From Eledone cirrhosa (Eukaryota), in assembly GCA_964016885.1 (NCBI GenBank), contig OZ024741.1, positions 309,690,001 through 309,754,000 of the forward strand: a stretch of DNA of 64,000 nucleotides, written 5' to 3'. The position numbers and the translations under genes were made by a program. This document shows, piece after piece, positions 38,557 to 51,818 of the stretch; the stretch's first letter is position 1; each line of letters begins with the position of its first letter. The notes beneath the pieces were generated by a model, which was not told where the DNA came from, searched no databases, and worked only from the letters and a program-made list of their open reading frames with translations.

Positions 38557-41500
38557 TGAGAGAGAGCGAGGGTAGGGGGCCACATGATGGCTGTGGGTGT
38601 TAGGCGTTTGACCGCCCCGTGCCTTCGAAGAAGGAAGAAGGAAAGGATTTTGCTTTAGATATATATATATACTCTACATGTGTGTATTATTATTAGCGCA
38701 TGCTTTTTTATCACCAATACGAGACTAAGAAAGAAATTAAAAACATGATCATACTAACATATTTAGAGTCAATAGAAAATCAATGTAGTAAAATCCAAAG
38801 TACAAGTATATTAAAACAAATTATTGGAGATGTTTAAGCTCCAAAAGCCCCTTAGTGATGGAAGGCTTGTTTATATATTGTTTATAGCAGTGCTTCTCAA
38901 GGACAAGTACATACTCCACTGGTAAAGGATGGAACTTCAGAAGGGAGAATATAAACAATGCTAAATACTAACTTTCTCTGATCATAGTCGGGTGTGGGGC
39001 TTCAGAATTGGCATATAAACTATACTGTATACCAGAGGTTGTCAACTTTTTTTTACCTGTGGAACTCTTTGATTCCTAGCTTTCTCTGGTGGACTCCCAT
39101 AGCCATTTGATGTTTAAGAAATCCTACTTGGAGAATGGAATAAGCTATAAAACTCTGATTGCTCACAATACTAGTAATCTGTTCGTATCTCCCTCGCCAC
39201 ACACATATATGTGTGTGTGTGTTTGTACACATACATACATATATGTATGTGTGTGTGTGTACACACACCCATATATATATATACACATACATAAAAGAAT
39301 AAGGGTAAAGACTCCCTTCAGTTACAAATGACAATGGGATTTGTACCTAGAAAGGTACCCTTCACGACACAAGCCTAGGCAAGGTTGTTTGTGAAAGACT
39401 AGCAGTTACCTCCATGCCACCGCTGTTGCCTCCCCTCTCCATGCCACCGCTGTTGTCCAAGGGAAAGATAATGGCCAATACAACTTGGTACCAGTGATGT
39501 CACAGCTCATTTCTACAGCTGAGTAAACTGGAGTTATGTGAAATAAAGAGTCTTGCTCAAGGACACAACACATCACCTGATCCGGGAATCAAACTCACAA
39601 CCTCACAATTGCAAGCCCAATGCTCTAACCACTAAGCCATGGGCCTTCACATACACACACGTACATACATTATTTTAATTCTCTCCCTCCAGCATTTATC
39701 TCTTCCATTACCTCCTCCAGTATTGTCATCTCTTCCATTACTCCACCCTCTGTCACTCTCTCACCCCAATCACTCCCATCCTATTCTTGTTACTTTCACA
39801 TATCCACCCAGATTCTTCTTCTGCCATTTCTTTCTCTCCTATTCACACGCTAGGCCACTTTGCTTTGAATGAAAGGAAACAATTCTGAATAATGAGTACT
39901 CTTCAGTCTTGTGAGATTCAAGGCAACTTCAATAGTGCTGGTGCCCTGATAAAATGCATTCAGTACATTCTGTAAAGAGGCTAGCAAATGGAGACAATGT
40001 AAGGTAGAAAAGATTATTTAGTTTTGCTAATGATATAACCTCTTTAATGTTGGTACCACAATATAATACAACCAGTTCACTCTATAAAATGGTTAGTATT
40101 AGGAAAGGAATTCAGCAGTAGAAACCATATCAAAAATGGAATGTATGAACAAGATATGATCCTCTGACTCATCTAAATGAGCAGTAACTCTGAATAAAAA
40201 CTGACATGGTGATATGATGATGGTTGAGTGGAGTAGATAGATCAACAAACAGATAGAGACAGAGAGATACACAAAAAAAGTGATGAGGAAGACCAACATA
40301 GACAGATAGAGATAATGTGACTGTGAGAGAGAGAGATAGATTGATATATAGACAAATATACACAAATTAAAATCCTACCAACCTTGGTCATTTCCAGTTC
40401 TTGTGTTAGTGCTCTCACTGATCCTGCATATAACATCTGTTGCTCGGGTTTACAACCTGAAGAACAAATAACATAACACCATAAAACACATAAAAAGAAT
40501 TAGTTGTTCAGAAATTAGTACAGGTTTTTAATCATTAACTTTAAAATGACATATCTCAGTCCAGTATAAACTTTATGGATTGAAATAAAAACTGTGGTTG
40601 CTCACAATACTAGTAATCTGTTTCTATCTCTCACACTGCATATATATATGGATGATTGTAACAACGTTGATACTCCTGAAGATATGTACAGGAGCAGACT
40701 AATGTCCAGTATATATATATTGAGGTATGGCTGGCTGTCCTACATTGAAACATTCGTAGAGTAAAATCATGATATAAGTCTAAACTGGTTATTCATTCTT
40801 AATTTATATATATATGTACATATACATATATCTTGTTATAGAATATCCAAAAGAGGAAGATGAGCCTTATGAATAATTTCAAAAGCTGTATAAAAGATTT
40901 AAACATCACTAAAATATACTAATTTCCTATGTCACCTAGTGTTACTAAGCAATTCCCTCTTCATTACCTCAGTAATCATATGATGCATATGAATGATGAA
41001 TACTAGGTGAATAAGTACCAAGATATGCCAGTGGTACCAAGGTGAATAAGTACCAAGAGATGCTGCAGTAGAGGAAGACCAAGCAAAACCTGGGCAATGG
41101 TGGTTAGAGCTGATCTCAAAATACTGAACTTTACAGAGATGATGAATGAATGCTACAAGTGGAGGGACTGTGCTGGAAAGGACCTGTCCAACACATGCAA
41201 GCTTGGAAAAATGGAACGTAAAATGATGATGACTATTATCCCATGCTGAATTTTGTCCTTTCTCAAATTTGTATTCATAAACCACGTGTTGTGTAATTAT
41301 TATTGTATTATTCAACCAAGATCAAGAGAGGTCTATTTTTCTTGGTATGTAGAAAATTAAGGGAAAAATTATATACAAACCTTCCACACTCTCTTTCTCA
41401 CATTACTCCCTCTCCCTATCACCCTTTGTTAAAATACATTACTCTTTCCCACTTCCAGTATGTAGTGGCCTATCACTGTCTCTCTTCTATTATTCCCTCC

Positions 41501-44500
41501 CTTACTACCTTCTCACTCTGTCTCCCTCATTACACTTACTAGCAGAAAAACTGGTGATTTTCTGCTAGCATTTGTAGTGTGCATATTGATATTATACATA
41601 GTAAGTAAGGCAAGCAAAGATATGAAGACGGAGAATGCAACCGGTCCATCGGGTATAGCTGCCGAGATGCTGAAGGCATCTGGGTCGGTAGGTCACACCA
41701 TAACCACACGTATTGTTAACCAGGTAATACTAGAGGGTGTCATACCAAAGGATTGATGCAGCAGCATCATTGTCAACTGCTACAAGGGTAAAGGTGATGC
41801 ACTAGATAGAGGAAACTATAGAGGTACAAAGCTGATGGACCAGGTTATGAAAGTAACGGAAAGAGTTATAACACAGTTGATTAGGGACCGGGTGAAACTA
41901 GATGAGCTGCAATTTGGGTTTATACCAGGAAAAGGCACCACTGATGCCCTCTTCCTTGTGAGGCAGTTACAGAAAAAGTACCTAGCTAAAAGTAAGCCGT
42001 TCCACCTGGCATTCGTCGATCTGGAAAAAGCCTTCGACAGAGTCCCCCGTGCTATAATCTGGTGGGCTCTTAGAAAACTAGGAGTAGATGAATGGCTTGT
42101 GAAAGCTGTACAAGCCATGTATAGAGGAGCAGTCAGCAAAGTTAGCGTTAGCAATGACTATAGCGAGAAATTTAGCATACAGGTGGGTGTCCACCAGGGC
42201 TCCGTTCTTAACCCTCTCCTGTTCATTATAGTTTTGCAGGTGTTTAGTAGATAAATTACATAATACTCATTCATGATTTATTCAAAGTAATCCAACTTAT
42301 TTTAATTACGTGTTCAGAAAAAAATATCCCTGACACAGTCCTGCAGTCTTCCAATCATTATATATGAGATACACATATAAATCTTCTGTTAACCTTCTGT
42401 ATTTATACCTCACCATTAAGTTATCAATCAATTATATCACCTTTTTATCTATTACAGAGCATCTAATTCTTGTCTTTTGAATTTATCTACTTGTCAAATT
42501 TACTAGTCTACTATAAAATTATTGTACTCATGCTCATCATATTAACCTTTAACATCATGTACCACATGAAACTGCATTAGCAAGACAGTCTTGAAAAGTA
42601 TAAAACAACACAATGACTGCAACACAATAAATATGGAAACTTTTACTCTAATATTGAAAATTGTCACAATAATTTGTCCATTATTAGAGATATGATAAAT
42701 ATTTAAATTGCAAACCCATTTTTAGATATTTTATGGTAAATCATTACAGGATATTAGGAATTAAATAATAACCATGTGTACACATCTTCAGCATAATTGA
42801 CTACATGACATTAAATATTAAAGTCTTTATTCTAATCTATATATAAATTTTTGCAATTCTGTCACAGGTAAAGAGAGAGGAGTAGTTTGACTAACTCATA
42901 CTACTCCTCTCTCTTTACGTCTGATGTAAGAAATAAGATGTATGTGTATTTGTGTGAATGTAGTCTGTGAGTGTATTTTTGTAAGCAAGTCTGTGTTTGC
43001 ACGTTTATATTTATATACTCATACACATAAATGTATGCATATATACATACACACATGCTCACACACATATACGCATTCACGTCAGGGTATGGAAAAAAAT
43101 CCTAGCATTATAAATTTTCCAAAAGATCTGTCCACTAGTAAAGACACTATAAACATTTGAATTAACACACTTATTTTTAGATATTTTCTGCTAAATCATT
43201 ATAGGATGTAATGAGGGGTTATGTGTGTTAGCATTTACTCTATCACATACATATCTATCTACCGACTTGCCTGACAGTTTACAAATTGAAAAACCTCAAA
43301 GATTACTCTACTCACCTTGTGGGCTGACAAAGATGAATATCAAAGGGTATGATACACGGCCATCACTGTGACGATACACATAGCTGAGAACAACAAATCT
43401 GGGTTGTGAATCAGGTAGATCCTCTTGGATCTCATCCACTGTACAATCCTGAAAAAATAAATGATCACAATAATAATAATTGTTTCTACTTTTGGCACAA
43501 GGCCAACAATTACCCCGGTACATTATTGGTGCTTTATTTTATCGAACCCATAAAGACGAAGGGCAGAGTTAACCTTGACGGGATTTGGACTCAGACCGTA
43601 AAGGGCCGTAACTCTATGCTGAGACAAACCTAAGATACTCAGGGATTTTACTGTTCAAACCGACCACAAACTTGAACACAAGTAACAAGATATACAGAAT
43701 TGAAGATTGAAATTGCATGAATGTGGTCATTACCATCTAACAACATCAATAATTCCAGTTGTCATCAGAGCTTTGAGCTTGATACCAGTAAAACAGAGAG
43801 TATCTTAAGCAAATAAACCTCAAATCAAAATTGCTCTCTTAGAAAAGATTGCCCAGTTGGGCACTGCGCATATACTCAGGAAAATGCTGTCTGTCTAAGG
43901 TTGAGACTCAACAGGCAATAAAATATCTGGCAATTACCATATTTACTCTCAAACCACCACCAACAATAATAAAATATAAGAATAAAATAATCAAAATGGA
44001 CCCTAACACCAAATGCAGTATGTGTAACTAACACAATGAGTCCTAGTCAAATCTAAATATATAATCAGACATGAACGAGTTGGCAACTATATCTACAAGG
44101 CAATATGCCATCAATTCATTTCATCTCTCTGGGTTCTGAATTCAAATAACACCAGTGTGAACTTTGCCTTTCATCCTTTTGAGGTCAATAAAAAATGGAT
44201 AAGAAGCAGTATAAACATGTAGTAAACATGGTACATGACAACAACCTGGTCACAACCAATTGGTATATGCCTGTCCAAGCTGAAATCAAGGAAAACTGTT
44301 CAGACATAATAGACATTATGATATCTTCTGGTCAAATTATTGCATGAAAAGAAGTGGAAAAGCTGACAAAATACAAAGATCTTGAATTTTAAATGCCCAA
44401 CATTAGATCCCAACATGAGGGCCCAACATATAATCCCATGCTCCAGCAAATGCATTTTATCATAGCACCAACATTAGGGAGTCAGGCCTTTGACAAAGCT

Positions 44501-47500
44501 GAAGAGTCTTCCTGACCTTTTGTTTCACAGGTTTTCTACAACTGGGTATCCTTCCCGTCACCAACCACTTTACAGGAGTGTACTTGGTGACTGTTTGTCA
44601 TGAGGATCACCAACACTAGGAAAGTTGTCAAGTCTTTTACAAAGCTGAAGAGTCTTCTCGACCCTTTCTTTGGCAAGTTTGCTATGGCTGGATGCCCTTC
44701 CTATCACCAACCACTTTACAGAGTGCAGTGGGTGCATTTATCATGTTGACCAGAGAAATTTGGCTGCTATTTCTAACACATTGGGTAACCATATAGAGAC
44801 TCCCTCATGGCTGTTGTTGTTGGAAAGGATGCAGCTTGGCAGAGTAGTTAAAATATTACCATTTAAGTAGTTTGGGAAGTAAGCAATTCAAAGCTAAGAG
44901 TTGGCTGATATTAAATAAATCCTGTTTGGTTTGGTAGTTTGTAGATGGGGGTTGGCAGTTGTGGTGGTGGTAATGATGGCAGGGCTAGTGGTAGTAGTGG
45001 TGGTCATGATAGTGATGGTGTTAATAGTGGCAATGGTGCTAGTGGTGATGGTAATGATGCTAGTGGTGATGGTAATGATGGTAGTAATGACAGTAGTAAT
45101 GGTGATGGTAGTGGTGGTGATGGTAATGATGCTAGTGGCGGTGATGGTAATGATGGTAGTGGTGGTGATGGTAATGATGGTAGTGGTGGTGATGGTAATG
45201 ATGGTAGTGGTGGTGATGGTAATGATGGTAGTGGTGGTGATGGTAATGATGGTAGTGGTGGTGATGGTAATGATGGTAGTGGTGGTGATGATGGTAGTGG
45301 TGGTGATGGTAATGATGGTAGTAATGACAGAAGTAGTGGTGATGGTAGTAGTGGTGATGGTAATGATGGTAGTGGTGGTGATGGTAATGATGGTAGTAAT
45401 GACAGAAGTAGTGGTGATGGTAGTAGTGGTGATGGTAATGATGGTAGTGGTGGTGATGGTAATGATGGTAGTGGTGGTGATGGTAATGATGGTAGTGGTG
45501 GTGATGATGGTAGTGGTGGTGATGGTAATGATGGTAGTAATGACAGAAGTAGTGGTGATGGTAGTAGTGGTGATGGTAATGATGGTAGTGGTGGTGGTAA
45601 TGATGATAGTGGTGGTGGTGGGAATGATGATAGTGGTGGTGATGATGGTAGTGGTGGTGATGGTAATGATGGTAGTAGTGGTGGTGGTAATGATGATAGT
45701 GGTGGTGGTGGTAATGATGATAGTGGTGGTGGTGGTGGTGGTAATCATGGTGATGTTTGTACACTGGAGAGAGTAATGTGGAGATGTTGGAGAGTGCAAT
45801 AATAAGTGTTTCTACTAATGATGGTGAAACTAGTGGTAGGGTAATAATGTGTAGGACCCAGGAAGACAGTACTCCATGTATTTTCCATGTGTATCCCAGT
45901 TTTTAGAATAAGTACACTGTATCTCTGTGTGTTGTAAAGGTGACTGCAATAGTTGGCATGAGAAAAAGCCTCAAGCTGTAAAACATTATCTCAAACTATT
46001 CCATCCAACCCATGCCAGTATGGAACAGTATGGAACAGTATGTAAAAATGATGATTTTTTTTACTAAGATGGTGGGATATGAGTAAAAGGAGATTTGGTT
46101 ACTATTTCTAGCAAGCCAAGCGACCACAAAGCGGCTGCCTAGTTGGTTAGAGGTAGTGATGTGGTTAATAATAGTGATAGTAATAGTATTGGTGACAATA
46201 ATAACTACCATGTAACAGCTACATATTTACAAGGTGGAATGCTGATAACTGTTAACCCTTTAGCATTTACATTACTCTATATATACTATTGTATTTTTCC
46301 TCACATAATATCGAATCTATGAGATTTTGATATTTATTTTGAGAACAATACCTAAACGTCAGTATGAATGGCTAGTTACAGCCAGTTTGAACAGAAAGAG
46401 GTGAGAGAATTCTGGCCAGATACAGCCGGTTTAAATGCTAAAGGGTTAACCCCTTTCAATACTAACCTGCCCAAAACTTCTGGTTCTATGAAACAAAACT
46501 ACTCATTTCAAAGGGTTTGTGATTAAATTAAAATCTTCCAACATAATTTTATACAAGAACAATATCTTAAGTAACTGTTTTTGTTATAGAATAATTTATC
46601 ATTTGAGTAACTCTTTCCCTAATTCTCCATTAATTGAAATAGAGTGTATTTTATTAGAAATATAAGAAAAAGGTTGATGTTAAGCCCTATATCAGTCCTC
46701 ATCGAGTATGGCTATAATAAAAAATGTTGACCATTGCAACTTTTGGGTGCGTATGGAATATCTAGGTCTATATTGTTTTGTGTTCTTCTCTGTTTTAAGA
46801 CGATAGGCTATGTTTTGGGGATATTTGGCTGCTAGCTTTAGCAAGTCAAGCAATCATGTTCAGGCTCTCTCAGTTTAATAAATACATTGACAACAATATA
46901 ACCAGAAATGCAATCTTTCCTCTATCTTTTCCACTGTTATCTATCCATTATTTATTTATGTAAGCAGTATGAATGGAAGTAGACATCAATGTTAGAGCAA
47001 TTGATTTTTGTTTTAGAGCTGGACATTTGCCCTTTTCCAGAACTAATAATCTAAACCCTGAACTATAAGTGAAACCTGTTTGTCAGCCAGACAGATTGTA
47101 GTAGTGTTTAGCCCAGTTATATGTACACCAGTTACATGACACTAACTTCTAGTGATGTGATAAAATAACTAGATAAAATAACTAGATATCTATCCTTATT
47201 TATATCTAACATGAGGCAGCAAATTGGCAGAGTCGTTAGAAAATCAGATAGAATAGCAGTATTTGTTACGGCTCTCTGTGCTCTAAAAGCTCAAATCCAC
47301 CTAACATTTATCTAAAAACCAATAAAATAAGTATGAAAAAAATAAATACTGGGGTTGATATTGATTGACTAAATCAAGGCAGTGTCCCAGCATAGCCACA
47401 GTCTACTGACAGGAACAAGTAAATAAAATGAAAGAAGAACAAAACAGACAGCGAATTGGTGTAGAATGCTTTGCAATTCATTTCATCTCTCTAGGTTCTG

Positions 47501-50500
47501 AGTTTAAATCACGCCAATCTCAACTTTGCCTTTCCTCCTTTTGAGGTCAATAAAAAAAGTACCAAAGCAGTACTGGGGTCAATTCTTCCTCTATCCCTCT
47601 TTCTCACTTCCTCTCTCTCTCCTTCTTTGTAAAGCAGCAGTGCTGATGCCATGATAAAAAGCACCCAGTCCACCCTGTAAGGCAGTAATGCTGGAGTCAC
47701 AATAAAATGCTCCCAGTACATGTTGTAAAGTGGTTGGCATTAGGAAGTGCACCCAGCTATAGAAAGCAAGCCCAAAACAGAACATATGAGCAAGACAGAA
47801 TCATCTGACCTGTCTAGCCTCAGAACATAACGACCCATCTAACTCATGTAAGCATAGAAAATAGACATAAAATGATAATGATGATGATGATGATATAAAG
47901 AACCAGCACAATGTAGTTAGTTGGCAGAATTATTAGAGCATCAGGTGAGATGCCTTACAGTGTCTGGTTTGGTTCTGTGTGTTCTGAGTTCAAATACTCT
48001 ACTTTAGTGGCGTCTCATCAATAATAAGCGTTGGCATTGAATCTATTGTAAAACAGAGTCAGCCTTTGGAACTATAATGAACTCACAAAAGTAATGTGGT
48101 GGGAGTTAATAAGAACCCTGTGTATCCGGAGAGTGTAGAAGGATTTCCATTTCATTTTCAGAAAATAATCACTTGCCCAGAATATTCTGTTAATCAGGTG
48201 AACAAACCAATTTGAGAGTTAAGTGTATTATAGTGTTGTTTAGGTATTTTGTACAAAATGTAGTCTGGAAAAGGAAGATCTTACCTCATATTCTGTGTCT
48301 ATGATAACTTTCAGACTGTTTGTATCCACTTTCACTGAAAATAAACAATGTCATTCACCATTATTATCAACATCACCATGAGGTAATTTAACAAGGCAAC
48401 ATTTATGTGGTCGATCAATACGCTAAAAGAAGCAGCCAAATCACTCTCAATTTAAACCTTACTGTCTAAATAAAAGATGCACTGGATAATGTAATATCAG
48501 GTTCCCAGCACATAGGCAAAGAATGGGATGGTCACAACTGAAATACCTTTGATCATCTGTTTACTTGAACAAGTATGGCCTGGAGCTAAACAACAATGAC
48601 AACGTCAGAATGAGCTTCTACATGGTTACTTGACCTGCCAAAATTAGCAACTAATTCCTAACATTTCAGAATAATGGCCATGTTCATATTTCTATAATTA
48701 ACATCATTTGCTATCTTAATTTATTTTTTTATTTAATGCCACTAGATTTCAGGACAGTCACAACCATGCCAGAAAGTTATTGTGGATTAGAGGGTCGGAC
48801 GCCATGCTTTGCAGCAAAGAGTTACGGCCCTTTATGGTCTGAGTTCAAATCCCGCCGAGGTTAACTTTGCCTTTCATCACAGGGTCGATAAAATAAAGTA
48901 CCAGTAATACATTGGGATAATTGCTGGCCTTGTGCCAAAAGTAGAAATAATTATTTCAACATTTTAAAAATGATAACTAAGATTTCAAAACATTGCCTAT
49001 TTTGACATTTCTAAAGAGTGACCATTAGATTTTAACAATCTTAGAGATATTTCAAAACATTTAGACATTTTTATTACTGATCATAAATATTAAGTTCACA
49101 AGTTGCTTTTTGAATTTTTACATTACCACTAAGATTTTATAACAGTGGTCATTTAATTCTTTTGATACCAACCTGTGCAAAACTGCCCCAATTCTATGAC
49201 AAACCACCTGTTTGAAAATATTCACATTTAAATAAAGAATAATGTTTTGGAAGAATATTTTTTATAATCTATGTACTAAGCTACAACTTATTAATATGTT
49301 TAGTTATTTAACTAAATCCCTTCAAATTGTTGATTATTTACAAAATTAATTGAAAAACATAGGTAGTGTATTTCGTTACAAATATGGTATTGAAAGGGTT
49401 AAACATTTCTAAGCACTAGATTTTTTATGTGTAAATGTTGATTAGAATACATCGGTCATTTAAATATTTCTGAACGTGATCACTAGATCTCAGGAGACTG
49501 ATTATTTTAGATATATCTGACTGACAGTGATCACTAGATCTCGGGACATTGGTCATTTAGAAATATTTGACTGGCTATGGTCACTAGATCTCAAGAGTCT
49601 GGTCATTTTAATATTTCTATATGAATTAAGTTTTTATATTGATCTGAAAACCTTTGTTAATCCTTTAGCATTTAAACTGGCCATATCCAGCCAGAATCCT
49701 CTTACCTCTTTCTGTTCAAACCAGCTGTAATCGGCTGCTCATACTTATGTTAAGGTATTGTTCTCAAAATAAACTTCAAAATCTCGTATAATTCAATATT
49801 ATGTGCGATAATTATGTGAATTAAAGTGTTATACTCCAAACACCAGACAAATAATGAGAACATCAGTTATATACGATATATAAAATTTTTGATTATTTTC
49901 AAAATTATTATTTTTTGTAATCATTACCAATGTCTTTCATTAGAAATATGGTAATGAAGGAGCTTAATGACAGTAATAGTCAGGTTGACATTCCCAAACA
50001 GAATTGAGTCAAAGTAGTAGGAGGTTGGTTTGTTATGACATAATTCCTCACACTTCAACTCATTCAATGTCGCAGGAAACACAGATCTGTCCCATTTTAA
50101 AAAGACGTTCATTTTCCAACAGCAACAGAGCTGAGCAAGTCGGTAGCCATAGCAACATGTAAGTGATGCATATGAATGCATTCCAATCAATAGTAATAAA
50201 AATGTGTATGTGCATGTGTGTACACATGTCTGTGGGCATGTGCATGTGCGTGCATGTACATGTGTGCGTGGGGAGGGGGGTATTACAATATAGAAATATA
50301 ATACACAATAATAACAATGTAGTAGTAGTAGTAGTAGGGGTGGTGGTGGTGACAGTAGTAGTAGTGGTGGTGGTGGTAGTAGTGTTTGTGGTAGTAGTAG
50401 TGCTTGTGGTAGTAGTAGTGTCATTAAAACATTAAATGAAAAGTTAAACGATATAATAGGAATTTAAAGAAAAAGTATAAAATATATATTTGATTTGATT

Positions 50501-50699
50501 TTTTTTTAATACATAAAATGGATCAAAGAATCTGACTTGAATAAGATCTTTGATTACGGCAAGGCGACACTATCTGAGACATTATGCATTAGACGGGAAA
50601 CTCGTTCATCGATTCTATCTACTAATCAGATCCCAATCCAGGTCATAGTGGTTAACAAGCTGCAACAATGATGGATGTCTATTATTACACATATTACTG

Positions 50700-50735
<36 letters not shown>

Positions 50736-51249
50736 TGTACATATATATACTGTACATATATATACTGTACATATATATACTGTACATATATATACTGTAC
50801 ATATATATATATATATATACTGTACATATATATACTGTACATATATATATATATATACTGTACATATATAGACTGTACATATATATACTGTACATATATA
50901 TACTGTACATATATAGACTGTACATATATAGACTGTACATATATATATATATATACTGTACATATATATACTGTACATATATATACTGTACATATATATA
51001 CTGTACATATATAGACTGTACATATATATATATATATACTGTACATATATATACTGTACATATATATACTGTACATATATATACTGTACATATATATATA
51101 TATATATATACTGTACATATATAGACTGTACATATATATACTGTACATATATATACTGTACATATATAGACTGTACATATATATATATATATACTGTACA
51201 TATATATACTGTACATATATATATATATATACTGTACATATATATACTG

Positions 51250-51282
<33 letters not shown>

Positions 51283-51331
51283 CATATATATACTGTACAT
51301 ATATATATATATACTGTACATATATATACTG

Positions 51332-51363
<32 letters not shown>

Positions 51364-51467
51364 TCATATATATACTGTACATATATATATATATACTGTA
51401 CATATATATACTGTACATATATATATATATATATATACTGTTCATATATATATATATATATATACTG

Positions 51468-51498
<31 letters not shown>

Positions 51499-51784
51499 CA
51501 TTATCATCACCGTTTAAGGTCTGTCTTCCACGCTATCATGGGCTTAGGTTTAGATATATATATATATATACTGTACATATTTATATATATATATACACAC
51601 ACACACAGGATGTCCCACAAAAATGTATAGTTTTATTAGAATGCTGTTGAAGTGTGTATACATTTTTTGGGGACACCTTGCATCTATGTATATATGTATG
51701 AATGTGTGTATGTATGAATGTATTTATACATGCATCATGTATGTATGTGTGTATGTATGTACGTATGTGTGTGTGTATGTGTGC

Positions 51785-51818
<34 letters not shown>

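Noticed and set aside
33959-38603. Nine repeated MDLLRN...ERERE ORFs; CRISPR-like or HHR reading of the array
   Set aside because: TTG starts and frame ends that vary with (GA)n length; no unique spacers; the TTGAAGA..GAAA..TA pattern comes from a sub-repeat and lacks stems I and II.
44894-45802. Gly/Asp/Ser-rich, poly-Thr and poly-His ORFs
   Set aside because: Open in several frames because of a trinucleotide minisatellite inside a GMF intron.
50615-51472. YVQYI/CTVYI ORFs
   Set aside because: Minisatellite translation.
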